A DNA stretch of 64,000 nucleotides, taken from assembly GCF_017114985.1 (NCBI RefSeq), contig NZ_JABXKP010000038.1, positions 12,357 through 76,356 on the forward strand. The letters run 5' to 3'. The translations under genes and the position numbers were made by a program. Below the pieces are notes generated by a model. The model had not been told where the DNA came from, did not search any database, and saw only the letters and a program-made list of their open reading frames with translations. Every line of letters starts with the position of its first letter. The stretch's first letter is position 1. This document shows positions 18,941 through 28,741 of this stretch, one piece after another. The stretch is from Nostoc sp. JL33. Lineage in GTDB: Bacteria; Cyanobacteriota; Cyanobacteriia; Cyanobacteriales; Nostocaceae.

Positions 18941-20008
18941 GTGAAAATGCTGCTATTTGAAACTGTTAGAGAAATGGGTCACGAACAAGTTCTCTTTTGT
19001 CATGGTAAAAATCCCGAAATTAAGGCAATTATTGCTATCCATGACACGAGCTTAGGCCCAGCGATGGGAGCTACAAGACTGTTTCCTTATGTCAACGAAG
19101 AAGCTGCTTTAAAAGATGCGCTTCGTCTGAGTCGTGGTATGACATATAAAGCTGCTTGCGCCAACATTCCGGCTGGCGGCGGCAAAGCAGTGATTATCGC
19201 TAATCCTGAAAATAAAACAGATGATCTGTTGAGAGCTTATGGACGTTTTGTTGATAGCCTGAATGGACGTTTTATTACCGGGCAAGATGTCAATATTACC
19301 CCTGACGATGTACGCACAATCAGTCAAGAAACGAAACATGTTGTTGGGGTATCAGAAAAGTCTGGTGGGCCTGCTCCCATAACATCTTTAGGAGTTTTTC
19401 TCGGAATTAAAGCTGCTGTAGAGTCTCGTTGGCAGAGCAAAAGACTTGATGGGATGAAAGTTGCAGTTCAAGGCTTAGGAAATGTAGGTAAAAATCTCTG
19501 TCGGCACTTACATGAGCATGATGTCAAGCTTTTTGTTAGCGATGTAGATCCAGCAAAAGCGGAAGAGGTAAAACGGCTTTTTGGCGCAACTATTGTAGAA
19601 CCAAACGAAATTTACTCACTTGATGTAGATATCTTTGCTCCTTGTGCTTTAGGAGGAATTCTTAATAGTCATACAATTCCTTTCCTCCGAGCTTCTATTA
19701 TTGCTGGTGCAGCTAATAATCAATTGGAAAATGAGCAACTACATAGTCAAATGCTTGCCAAAAAAGGGATTCTTTACAGCCCTGATTATGTAATTAATGC
19801 CGGAGGGCTAATCAATGTTTATAACGAAATGATTGGTTATGACGAAGAAAAAGCTTTCAAGCAAGTGCATAACATTTATGACACGCTATTAGCAATTTTT
19901 GACATTGCTAAACAACAGGGAATTACTACCAACGATGCTGCTAAACGATTAGCAGAAGACCGCATTCAGGGCGTTAAGCGAAAGCAAACTAAGGCGATCG
20001 CAGCTTAA
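18941..20008 (+). CDS. scyB: ScyB, leucine dehydrogenase-like tryptophan dehydrogenase
   Basis: GPAMGATR, GGGKAVI, QGLGNVG, GAANNQL, DYVINAGG. Confidence 0.95.
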   Translation: MKMLLFETVREMGHEQVLFCHGKNPEIKAIIAIHDTSLGPAMGATRLFPYVNEEAALKDALRLSRGMTYKAACANIPAGGGKAVIIANPENKTDDLLRAYGRFVDSLNGRFITGQDVNITPDDVRTISQETKHVVGVSEKSGGPAPITSLGVFLGIKAAVESRWQSKRLDGMKVAVQGLGNVGKNLCRHLHEHDVKLFVSDVDPAKAEEVKRLFGATIVEPNEIYSLDVDIFAPCALGGILNSHTIPFLRASIIAGAANNQLENEQLHSQMLAKKGILYSPDYVINAGGLINVYNEMIGYDEEKAFKQVHNIYDTLLAIFDIAKQQGITTNDAAKRLAEDRIQGVKRKQTKAIAA

Positions 20009-20033
20009 TTCTTATTACCTTTAGGAGTGAAAA

Positions 20034-21002
20034 GTGGAAAAAAATACCTTTGCAACATCAGCTTACATTGCTACATCACCAGAGAGCGCCTTTGACTACC
20101 TTTGTAGTTTAAAAAACTTAGATGAATGGACGCTTTATAGCCGGATGAAAGAGCAAATTGACGAAGATACCTGGCTCGGAACTGCATCTGGTTATCACAA
20201 AAATCTTTATTATCACGTTAAAAAGCTAGAAAACCCGCTTTTCTACGGCATTGAGTGGCACTGCGGATTAGAGTATCAGAAATATTTTCAGGTTTACCCT
20301 GTTTTGCTGTTTCCTACAGACTACATCGAGCCGGGGACAGATGAAAAAGGTGTGTACTTTCACTGGTTGAGCTTTGTTGATCCAAAACGGCAGACTCAGA
20401 TGATTATGCAGGGAATTCATACAGTACACACTTCCGAATGTCGTTCTCTCAAAGGTAATTTGGAACGCAAGGCTGGTCTGACCGCAGCAGCCAAAGGAAG
20501 CCACTTTATCGATACGGACACCATTTATGTTGATGCCCCAATTGAAATTGGCATTGAATACTTAAAAGATTTACAAAACATAGATGAGTGGGCGCATTTA
20601 CTGCGACCAAATGGTGAGATTGGAGTTGAATCAGGTGAATTTAAAGATGAATATGACCAGAAGGTAAAAGTTTCTGTGCGTCTGCATAGTCTGAGTAAAT
20701 ACTATTTGCTTGAACAGGAACACTTTTATCCAGACTACGAATATTATCAGCGTTCTGTAGCGCTACTTATTCCAACTGCTTATGCTTTCGCTGATCCCGA
20801 AGCTTCTGGTTTTATCCTGCATAGAATCACATTCTGGAAAACAGATGGTTCTGTAAGCCACGGCAAACTTCAGATTGAAGACTTTGGCGCTGAGAGCATG
20901 AACATCAAACGTTTACTCGAAGCCAAAGCCGGCAACCTCAAATCATTTGACCGGGGAATGAGCTATCTACCAAAAACTCAAGAATCGCTAGTTACTAATT
21001 AA
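20034..21002 (+). CDS. scyC: ScyC cyclase/decarboxylase
   Basis: Two SRPBCC-like repeats (AFDYL..L.NLDEW; IEYL..LQNIDEW); position after scyB. Confidence 0.93.
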   Translation: MEKNTFATSAYIATSPESAFDYLCSLKNLDEWTLYSRMKEQIDEDTWLGTASGYHKNLYYHVKKLENPLFYGIEWHCGLEYQKYFQVYPVLLFPTDYIEPGTDEKGVYFHWLSFVDPKRQTQMIMQGIHTVHTSECRSLKGNLERKAGLTAAAKGSHFIDTDTIYVDAPIEIGIEYLKDLQNIDEWAHLLRPNGEIGVESGEFKDEYDQKVKVSVRLHSLSKYYLLEQEHFYPDYEYYQRSVALLIPTAYAFADPEASGFILHRITFWKTDGSVSHGKLQIEDFGAESMNIKRLLEAKAGNLKSFDRGMSYLPKTQESLVTN

Positions 21003-21089
21003 AACCTCTGCGCTTTCCTCAGCTACCTAAAGCGTTTAAAACTCACCCCTCAGTTCCCCACGATTTTACCTAAAGCTGTATTGCAACAC

Positions 21090-22346
21090 ATGAAACTGAA
21101 ACAACTTACTATTACCTTCCTCACTTTTTGTGTTGCCGCTTTTTCTGGAATGAAAGCTGCCTCAGCTGGATCATTTTCGGTAATTGCCGACGGTCTATAT
21201 AATGCTGGAGGTCTGAGCTTTGGCCCTGATGGTAATCTCTATGTCACAGAGGCGGGAATCGGGGGAAGTGGAGCTTGTGTTCCACCACCAAGTGGTCAAG
21301 GCGATTCTTTGTGTTACGGCACAAGTGGCGCAGTTACCAAAATTGAGAATGGTAAGAGCGAGCGGATACTTACAGGACTTCCTTCTTTAGCATTACCAGA
21401 TGGTAGTGGAGGCGCTGGGCCGCGTGATATCCAATTTGATTCTAAAGGTAAACCTTATGTTCTGATTGGGTATGGGGCTAATCCTGCCTTTCGCGATCGC
21501 AATTTAGGTAATACTGATCTCGGTAAAATCATCGCTGCCGATTTTAAGACCAATTCTTGGACGAGTGTTGCTGATTTAGCTAACTATGAACTCACCAACA
21601 ATCCCGATGGTGGTGATGTCGATAGCAATCCCTTGGGTTTTGTAATAGATGGCAAGAATTTCGTTGTATCTGATGCAGGTGCAAACGATTTACTCAGTGT
21701 TAATACTGATGGTAGTAACTTGCAAGCTATTACTACCTTTCCGCAAGACATATTAACTAATCCCGTCTTTCCACCTTCTGATACACCATCCAATGAACCT
21801 GCACAGGTGCCATCTCAAGGTGAAGTAGTGCGAGCGCAGTTTGCAAGTCAACCAGTACCCTCAAGTGTGGCAAAAGGCCCTGATGGTGCTTATTATGTCA
21901 GCCAATTTACTGGTTTTCCCTTCTCAGAAGGTGGCGCAAAAATCTATCGAGTTGGTGCTGATGGCAAACCATCAGTATATGCAGATGGTTTTACCCAACT
22001 CACAGACTTGCAATTTGATACTGCGGGCAATTTATATGCTTTGCAGTACGCCAATCAGTCAGCCTGGAAGGGTAATTTTGATGGTTCTGTAATCAAAATA
22101 GCTACCGATGGCACACGCACAACTCTTCTGAGTGGCAATGGATTAGAGTCGCCTAGCGCTCTGACTATTGGTTCTGATGGTGCAGTATACGTGACAAACC
22201 AAGGCGATCGCCCTGGAAAAGGACAAGTTCTCAGAATTGAAAATATCAAGTCTGTTCCTGAACCTGATTCTGCTTTAGGCATATTAGCGATCGGTGCTTT
22301 GGGCGTTGGTTGGTTGCACAAGAAGAGAAGCCCTTCTGACTCCTGA
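21090..22346 (+). CDS. scyD: ScyD (ScyD/ScyE beta-propeller family, PEP-CTERM)
   Basis: Signal peptide, FGPDG repeats, VPEP+TM+basic tail; gene order. Confidence 0.9.
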   Translation: MKLKQLTITFLTFCVAAFSGMKAASAGSFSVIADGLYNAGGLSFGPDGNLYVTEAGIGGSGACVPPPSGQGDSLCYGTSGAVTKIENGKSERILTGLPSLALPDGSGGAGPRDIQFDSKGKPYVLIGYGANPAFRDRNLGNTDLGKIIAADFKTNSWTSVADLANYELTNNPDGGDVDSNPLGFVIDGKNFVVSDAGANDLLSVNTDGSNLQAITTFPQDILTNPVFPPSDTPSNEPAQVPSQGEVVRAQFASQPVPSSVAKGPDGAYYVSQFTGFPFSEGGAKIYRVGADGKPSVYADGFTQLTDLQFDTAGNLYALQYANQSAWKGNFDGSVIKIATDGTRTTLLSGNGLESPSALTIGSDGAVYVTNQGDRPGKGQVLRIENIKSVPEPDSALGILAIGALGVGWLHKKRSPSDS

Positions 22347-22404
22347 ATTCTGACTTGATAAAAGTTTCCACAAACAAATTATTTAATTCTCAATCTCCAA
22401 AGGT

Positions 22405-23781
22405 ATGAAACTCAAATCATTTGCTCTTACATCTGTAACATTTTGTTTTGCTGCTATTTGTGGAACACCATCTGTACAAGCTGCAACGCTAACGACAATT
22501 GTCGATGGAGTCAGTAATGCACGGGGTGTTAGCTTTGGCCCTGACGGCAGTCTCTACGTAGCAGAGCCAGGTATCGGCGGAAACGGAAATTGCCAACCAT
22601 CTCCGAGTACGCTGTTTCAGCCTATCTGTGCTGGTAACACTAGTTCACTCGTCAAAGTTTCAGCAGACGGCACCAAACAGCGTCTACTTAATAACTTTGA
22701 GTCTCTAGCAGAACAACCTACAGGCAATCAAGGGGCCGGTATTGAAGACGTGCAATTTGACTCTAAAGGGAATGCTTATCTTCTAACTGGGTATGCTGGT
22801 TATCCAGGAAACCGTGATCTAGAAACATTTAAACTAGGTACTCAATCCCCTATCCCACAAAATCAACTTGGTAGTTTCCCGCCATCAACAGCCGATAAAG
22901 TACTGAATAGCCCGCTTTTAGCACAACTGTACAAAGTTGACTTGAAGACGGGAGCTCTCAACAGTATTTTTGACTTTGCCAAGTATGAAATCACCAAAAA
23001 TCCAGACAAAGGGGATGTGGTTACCAATCCCTATGACCTGACTATTAATGGCGATAGTGCTTATGTGGTTGACGGGGGCGGGAACGCTGCTTACAAAATT
23101 AAACTTGACGGAAGTAAGTCCGAGGCGATCGCAATTCCTAAAAACGTCATTAGTGACTCCGACTTGCCACCAGGATTACAATTACCTCCTGGGCTATTAG
23201 AGCAGCTTCCAGGAGGAAAAACAGCAATTCAAGCAGTACCCACAGGTGGCACAATTGGTCCCGATGGAGCTTTATACGTTGGTGAATATACGGGTTTTCC
23301 TTATCCAGCAGGTAAATCACGGATTTTCCGCATTGGCGATGATCTCAAACCAGAAGTTTTTCTAGATGGGTTTACGCACATCACAGACCTAACCTTTGAT
23401 AAGAAAGGCAATTTGCTGGTTTTACAGTTCAGCGACAAGTCCCAGTTAGGGGGTGACATCACAGATCTACCTGGTTCTCTGATCGAAGTTGCTCCTGATG
23501 GCACTCGCACAACACTCGTTGCAGCCGGTCAAGGGCTAGATTCGGCTGATGGAATTACTATTGGCCCTGATGGCAAGATTTATATTACCAATCAGGGTGT
23601 CGGCAAAGGACGAGGGGAGGTTGTTCGGGTGGATGGTATCGTTGCCGAAAAAGTCCCCGAACCTGGTTCAGTAGTGGGCTTATTAGCACTTGCTGGTGTA
23701 GGCGCGACTGCTGCTTTCGCCAAGCGCAAACGTCCCGAAAAGTCGGATGAAGAGTTACTAGTCAATGCAGAGACTGTCTAA
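22405..23781 (+). CDS. scyE: ScyE (ScyD/ScyE family, PEP-CTERM)
   Basis: Paralogous to the previous gene; VPEPGS+TM+KRKR tail. Confidence 0.9.
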   Translation: MKLKSFALTSVTFCFAAICGTPSVQAATLTTIVDGVSNARGVSFGPDGSLYVAEPGIGGNGNCQPSPSTLFQPICAGNTSSLVKVSADGTKQRLLNNFESLAEQPTGNQGAGIEDVQFDSKGNAYLLTGYAGYPGNRDLETFKLGTQSPIPQNQLGSFPPSTADKVLNSPLLAQLYKVDLKTGALNSIFDFAKYEITKNPDKGDVVTNPYDLTINGDSAYVVDGGGNAAYKIKLDGSKSEAIAIPKNVISDSDLPPGLQLPPGLLEQLPGGKTAIQAVPTGGTIGPDGALYVGEYTGFPYPAGKSRIFRIGDDLKPEVFLDGFTHITDLTFDKKGNLLVLQFSDKSQLGGDITDLPGSLIEVAPDGTRTTLVAAGQGLDSADGITIGPDGKIYITNQGVGKGRGEVVRVDGIVAEKVPEPGSVVGLLALAGVGATAAFAKRKRPEKSDEELLVNAETV

Positions 23782-23952
23782 TTCCTCTTTACCTCGTGTC
23801 AGGTAAAGCTTACAGAATAGGCTGCTGCCTCACACAGAAAGTTGCATTTCAAACAAGAGGCAGTAGCCCGAATTTTAGGGTTCCCGAACTGGGACGGGGA
23901 ACAAAATTAGTCTAGGAAAGAGTATACCTCATACAACTAGGACTTCAAACTC

Positions 23953-25149
23953 ATGGGATTAGTCAAAAATTTGTCAATCGGTATTCTCGGTACTGGATTC
24001 ATGGTGTTGGCAGCAGCAGCCCAAGCCAAGGCTGTAACATTAACTTACGACAGAAGTATTGGCGAAGCTGGCTTCGGACCTGGGCAGCTTTTTGTTCCCC
24101 AAGGCATAACGGTAGATAGCCAAGGGAATACCCTCATATCTAACGGACGCGGTGTTAACCCGGATGGTACTCCTAACTACAACCTCGGTAACAAAATTGA
24201 AAAATTTAGTCCAAGCGGTCAGTATATTGGAGCAATTGGCTCCGGCGGCAAAGGACCCGGACAGTTTGACGAGCCAACAACTGTAGACTTTAATCCCGTA
24301 ACAGGGGATTTGTATGCAGGTGATGTTTATAACAACCGGATCAATCAATTCGATCCTCAGGGTAAATTTATTAGATCCTTTGCAAATGGAGAATTTACCG
24401 GTCTCATACCAGGTAGGTTTTTCTTTGGACCATCTGGTGTGACATTTGACAAAGCTGGCAACGTTTACGCAGGTGATTTTAACGGCGAAAGAATCCTTAA
24501 ATTCACACCTGACGGAAAGCAAATTGGTGTCATTGGTGGCACCAATGGCACTGCACTTGGAGAATTCCAAGGTGTAGCCGGTACAAGAATTTCCCCAGTT
24601 AGTGGAAATATCTTTGTAGCTGACCAGTATAACAACCGCGTTCAAGTACTCGATCCAAATGGTAAACCTCTGTACACATTTGGTTCAGCAGGTAGCGGAC
24701 CTGGACAGCTTCTTCAGCCAATTGGCATCGAAGTGGACGACCAAGAGAATGTTTATGTAGCTGATTCTATCAACAGCCGCGTTCAGGTATTTGATAAAAA
24801 CGGTAAATTCTTGACTTCCTACGGTCAACCAGCCCTAGATGCATCAGGCAAGCCAGTCCCGCCTCCAGGATTAACTGACGGTCCCTTTGGCAATCCCCTC
24901 GACCTCACACCAGGCAAATTTAACTGGACGGGTGGCACAACCCTCAAAGATGACAAGCTGTATGTGGGCGATTTCTTCCAAGGTCGCGTCCAAGTGTTAA
25001 ACGTAGAGGGTAGAAAGCAAGTGCCAGAACCGAGTTCAACATTGGGTTTAGCATTGCTTGGATTTGGGGCTGCTACCGTCATATTGCGGAAACGTGGGCA
25101 ACAAAAGTCAGTCTTGAGTTTAGAGAAGGAACTGCAAAATAATTACTAA
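23953..25149 (+). CDS. scyF: ScyF, NHL-repeat protein, PEP-CTERM
   Basis: NHL repeats (PGQF.EP, YVAD..N.RVQVFD), signal peptide, VPEP tail. Confidence 0.92.
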   Translation: MGLVKNLSIGILGTGFMVLAAAAQAKAVTLTYDRSIGEAGFGPGQLFVPQGITVDSQGNTLISNGRGVNPDGTPNYNLGNKIEKFSPSGQYIGAIGSGGKGPGQFDEPTTVDFNPVTGDLYAGDVYNNRINQFDPQGKFIRSFANGEFTGLIPGRFFFGPSGVTFDKAGNVYAGDFNGERILKFTPDGKQIGVIGGTNGTALGEFQGVAGTRISPVSGNIFVADQYNNRVQVLDPNGKPLYTFGSAGSGPGQLLQPIGIEVDDQENVYVADSINSRVQVFDKNGKFLTSYGQPALDASGKPVPPPGLTDGPFGNPLDLTPGKFNWTGGTTLKDDKLYVGDFFQGRVQVLNVEGRKQVPEPSSTLGLALLGFGAATVILRKRGQQKSVLSLEKELQNNY

Positions 25150-25358
25150 TTCGTAATTCGTAATTCGTAATTAGAAAGTTTCGTAGGGTGCATTAGCCAA
25201 GAGCATAACACACCATCTCAATAATTTCGGTGCCGTACTCTCGGCGGAAACACACCCTACGAAAATTTCAGGTTATTAAATCCGGAACAAGGGAGATAAA
25301 AACTGGATAACACAACAAAGCCAACATTATCAAGGTGCTTTTAGGACATTAAGAGTTC

Positions 25359-26648
25359 ATGCAAATTCTGATTTATTCATACAACTATCATCCAGAACCA
25401 ATTGGTATTGCACCTTTGATGACTGAACTAGCAGAAGGGCTGGTGAAGCGAGGGCATCAAGTGCGGGTAATCACAGGTATGCCTAACTATCCTCAGCGCC
25501 AGATTTACGATCGCTATCGGGGTAAGTTATACGTTACTGAACATAAAAATGGTGTCAAAATTCAGCGTAGTTACCTGCGGATTAAGTCTAAACCTAACCT
25601 TATAGATCGGCTACTGCTAGAGTTGAGCTTTGTTTTTACGAGTTTGCCACAAGCTCTCAAGGGACAGCGACCTGATGTGATTCTCTTAACAGTGCCGCCG
25701 TTACTAGTTTGCTTACCTGCAACCTTAATAGCTTGGCTATACAACTGTCCAGTAGTGCTAAATGTGCAAGATATTCTCCCGGAAGCTGCCGTGCGTGTTG
25801 GGCTAATTAAAAATAAGTTGATGATTTCAACTCTGGAAGCTTTAGAAAAATTTGCCTACCGAACTGCACATACCATTAGCGTGATTGCGGATGGCTTTGT
25901 AGATAATTTAAAAAATAAAGGTGTACCTGCTAATAAGATTGCCTGTATTCCAAATTGGGTGAATCTAAATTTTATTCGCCCTTTACCAAAGGAGAATAAC
26001 TCTTGGAGAACTTCCCATCAACTCGATGGTAAATTTGTAGTGCTTTATTCAGGTAATATTGCCCTGACGCAAGGTTTGGAGACAGTAATCGAAGCAGCAG
26101 CTCGCTTGCGCGATCTAAAAGAAATTGTCTTTGTCGTCGCCGGTGAATCCCAAGCTCTCGAAAGGTTGCAAAAACATTGTCTCGCTTGTGGAGCAGATAA
26201 TGTTTTACTGCTACCATTGCAACCGCGAGAAAAACTACCGCAAATGTTGGCAGCCGCAGATGTCGGGTTGATTGTGCAAAAGTGGAATGTGATTTCCTTC
26301 AATATGCCTTCTAAAATACCACTGTTGTTAGCTAGTGGTCGCCCAATTGTCGGTTCAGTTCCCGGCGCTGGTACTGCTGCCAAAGCTATCAAAGAAAGTG
26401 GCGGCGGTATTATCGTTGAGCCAGAGTCAGCAGATGCTTTGGCCGCTGCTGTATGGGATTTATATAATCAACCGGAATTAGCAGCAAAATTAGGGCGTGA
26501 AGGAAGAAAGTTTGCTGTAGAAAACTATTCCTTTGAGCAAGCGCTAGATCGGTATGAAGAGTTATTTTCTGATGTGATTGCCAAAGAAGCAACAACTTTG
26601 GATATTTTGCCGGAAATGAGTTCTAAAGAATCACTTGTTGATATTTGA
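25359..26648 (+). CDS. GT4 (WcaI-like) glycosyltransferase of the scy cluster
   Basis: NYHPEPIGIA, YSGNI, PSKI..LASG motifs. Confidence 0.9.
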   Translation: MQILIYSYNYHPEPIGIAPLMTELAEGLVKRGHQVRVITGMPNYPQRQIYDRYRGKLYVTEHKNGVKIQRSYLRIKSKPNLIDRLLLELSFVFTSLPQALKGQRPDVILLTVPPLLVCLPATLIAWLYNCPVVLNVQDILPEAAVRVGLIKNKLMISTLEALEKFAYRTAHTISVIADGFVDNLKNKGVPANKIACIPNWVNLNFIRPLPKENNSWRTSHQLDGKFVVLYSGNIALTQGLETVIEAAARLRDLKEIVFVVAGESQALERLQKHCLACGADNVLLLPLQPREKLPQMLAAADVGLIVQKWNVISFNMPSKIPLLLASGRPIVGSVPGAGTAAKAIKESGGGIIVEPESADALAAAVWDLYNQPELAAKLGREGRKFAVENYSFEQALDRYEELFSDVIAKEATTLDILPEMSSKESLVDI

Positions 26649-26666
26649 AAATTGGGGAAAGGAAAA

Positions 26667-27749
26667 ATGCCTTTGAAATCCTCTTATTCAGATCAGCTTA
26701 AAAAAACTGACCAAAGCTTGATCGCCTTACTGAGCGATCGCATATCATTATTAGCAGCATCAGAACCTCCTTCTTTAGATGAACAACTGGCTGATGTGGC
26801 TCCCCTACTTGCTCAAGCTGGTATTCCTGAGTCTGTTTGGGTAGGTGTGCTGAATAGTTGTCATGCGATGATTCCTAAATATGTAGCCAATCATGTCAGT
26901 CCCCGACAAATTACGATCATCGGTGGACGCGGCAGGATGGGAAGATTATTCAAAGAGCAACTTTCGATAGTTGGTCACAATGTTAGCGTTCTCGAACACG
27001 AGGATTGGGAGTATGCAGATAAACTGTTGAATCAGGCAGAATTAGTATTAGTAAGTGTTCCCATTGAATATACAGTTGATGTTATCAAGCGTGCAGCTAA
27101 ATACCTTGCCCCAAATACAGCTTTGTGTGACATCACGAGTATTAAAACACAACCAACTCAAGCAATGCTCGAACACCATTCAGGCCCAGTCATGGGCTTA
27201 CACCCAATGTTTGGGCCAAATATCAAATCGTTTTTAGGACAAAAAGTGGTAGTGTGTCCAGGTCGGAACGATGATTCATTTCAATGGTTATTAGACTTTA
27301 TTAAAACTAAAGGTGGAGAGTTAATTGTTTGCACGCCGGAAGAACATGATAAAATAATGGTGGTTGTTCAAGCAACACAGCATTTCTGTAGATTTAGTCT
27401 TGGCGTTTTCTTGACACAAGCAAGAATTGACATAGAGCAGAGCTTAACAATGTCAACTCATAACTACCGTCAAGAAGTTGACATCGTTAAACGTTTGTTT
27501 TCTCAAGACCCCCGTTTATGTGTGGATATTATGCTAGCTACACAGGAACGATGTGATGCAATTGGCTTTTTAACTAATACTTACAGCCGTTTAGCGAAAC
27601 TGGTGGCGAGGAAAGATAGAGACGCATTAATTAAAGAATTTGAAAATACTCAAAGCTTTTTTGAAGAGAAAATCAACACTTTTCTACAGCCTTTAAACAC
27701 AACTTCTAAAACGGTTCAACGAGATTTTAAGCCAATACGGTTCAGTTAA
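26667..27749 (+). CDS. tyrA: Prephenate dehydrogenase with an N-terminal chorismate-mutase-like domain
   Basis: IIGGRGRMG, DITSIK, GLHPMFGP, HD...VVQ motifs; ATG at 26667. Confidence 0.9.
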   Translation: MPLKSSYSDQLKKTDQSLIALLSDRISLLAASEPPSLDEQLADVAPLLAQAGIPESVWVGVLNSCHAMIPKYVANHVSPRQITIIGGRGRMGRLFKEQLSIVGHNVSVLEHEDWEYADKLLNQAELVLVSVPIEYTVDVIKRAAKYLAPNTALCDITSIKTQPTQAMLEHHSGPVMGLHPMFGPNIKSFLGQKVVVCPGRNDDSFQWLLDFIKTKGGELIVCTPEEHDKIMVVVQATQHFCRFSLGVFLTQARIDIEQSLTMSTHNYRQEVDIVKRLFSQDPRLCVDIMLATQERCDAIGFLTNTYSRLAKLVARKDRDALIKEFENTQSFFEEKINTFLQPLNTTSKTVQRDFKPIRFS

Positions 27750-27763
27750 GGTTAAAAGTCTTT

Positions 27764-27955
27764 CAGGACTTATACCATTTCTTTGTAAAGCTGCGCCAAA
27801 CCCTTTTAACTTCTTTCTTTCTTTCTTTCTTTCTTTCTTCGCGTCCTTCGCGTCCTTCTCCCAAGGGGAGACGCTAACGCGAACGCGGTTCGTTTTTCTT
27901 TCTTGTACTTAAATATGGTTTAGCGCATCTTCATACAGAATTGGTATAAGTCCTG
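27764..27955. mobile_element. MITE-like element, 14-bp TIR CAGGACTTATACCA, containing a TTTC microsatellite
   Basis: TIRs at 27764-27777 and 27942-27955. Confidence 0.7.
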
Positions 27956-28093
27956 TCTTTATCAAAGTCATTTTTTTTTAACGAACCACAGAGGCGCAGA
28001 GAACACAGAGAGAGGAAAAAAATGCTTAACTGAACTGTATTGGATTTTAGGCCACAGATGCACACAAATATTAGCATTTAAAGAACAAAAACT

Positions 28094-28741
28094 ATGCTGA
28101 TAGACATCTTTCACGATACCGTATGCCCCTGGTGCAGAATTGGGAAAAAGCATCTATTTGATGCACTGACACAATGGCAAGAACAAGAAGTACATATTCG
28201 CTGGCATCCCTTTCTTCTAGATAATACTATTCCTGCTGAGGGATACGAATTTCGTAGCTTTATGCAAAAAAGAAAAGGTATCGAAAGAGAACAACTGCAA
28301 CATCTGTTTGATAGTACGCGACGCGCAGGTGAGGCGGCTGGAGTCAAGCTAGATTTTGACAAAATCGGTTTGGCTGTCAATACTAAGCTTTCTCACGAGT
28401 TGATTACACTTGCACCCGCAAAGGTAAAAAATGATGTCGTAGAAGCTATTTATAAAGCTTACTTTGAAGACGGTTTGAACATCGCAGATATTAACGTTCT
28501 TGTTGCCATCGGTACAGCATACCAAATGGATGCTAGGGAATTACGCCTGTTATTAAATGATCGTGCTGTGGCTGATGCAGTTGTGGCTGAATCCACATTC
28601 GCTCGGTTAAATGGCATCAACAGCGTGCCGTTCTTCATGATCAATAACAATGTCAAGATAGATGGTTCTTACTCGGTAGAAATCTTCCTTCAAGCTTTGA
28701 ATCGTGCAGCACTTATAGATATATCAGCAAAAATATGGTAA
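28094..28741 (+). CDS. dsbA: DsbA/FrnE-family thioredoxin-fold protein
   Basis: DTVCPWC and VPFF motifs; no signal peptide; stop overlaps the next start. Confidence 0.88.
   Translation: MLIDIFHDTVCPWCRIGKKHLFDALTQWQEQEVHIRWHPFLLDNTIPAEGYEFRSFMQKRKGIEREQLQHLFDSTRRAGEAAGVKLDFDKIGLAVNTKLSHELITLAPAKVKNDVVEAIYKAYFEDGLNIADINVLVAIGTAYQMDARELRLLLNDRAVADAVVAESTFARLNGINSVPFFMINNNVKIDGSYSVEIFLQALNRAALIDISAKIW

Noticed and set aside
24040-24645. 201-aa ORF antisense to scyF
   Set aside because: No motifs; shadow ORF, like the many other short overlapping ORFs in the track.
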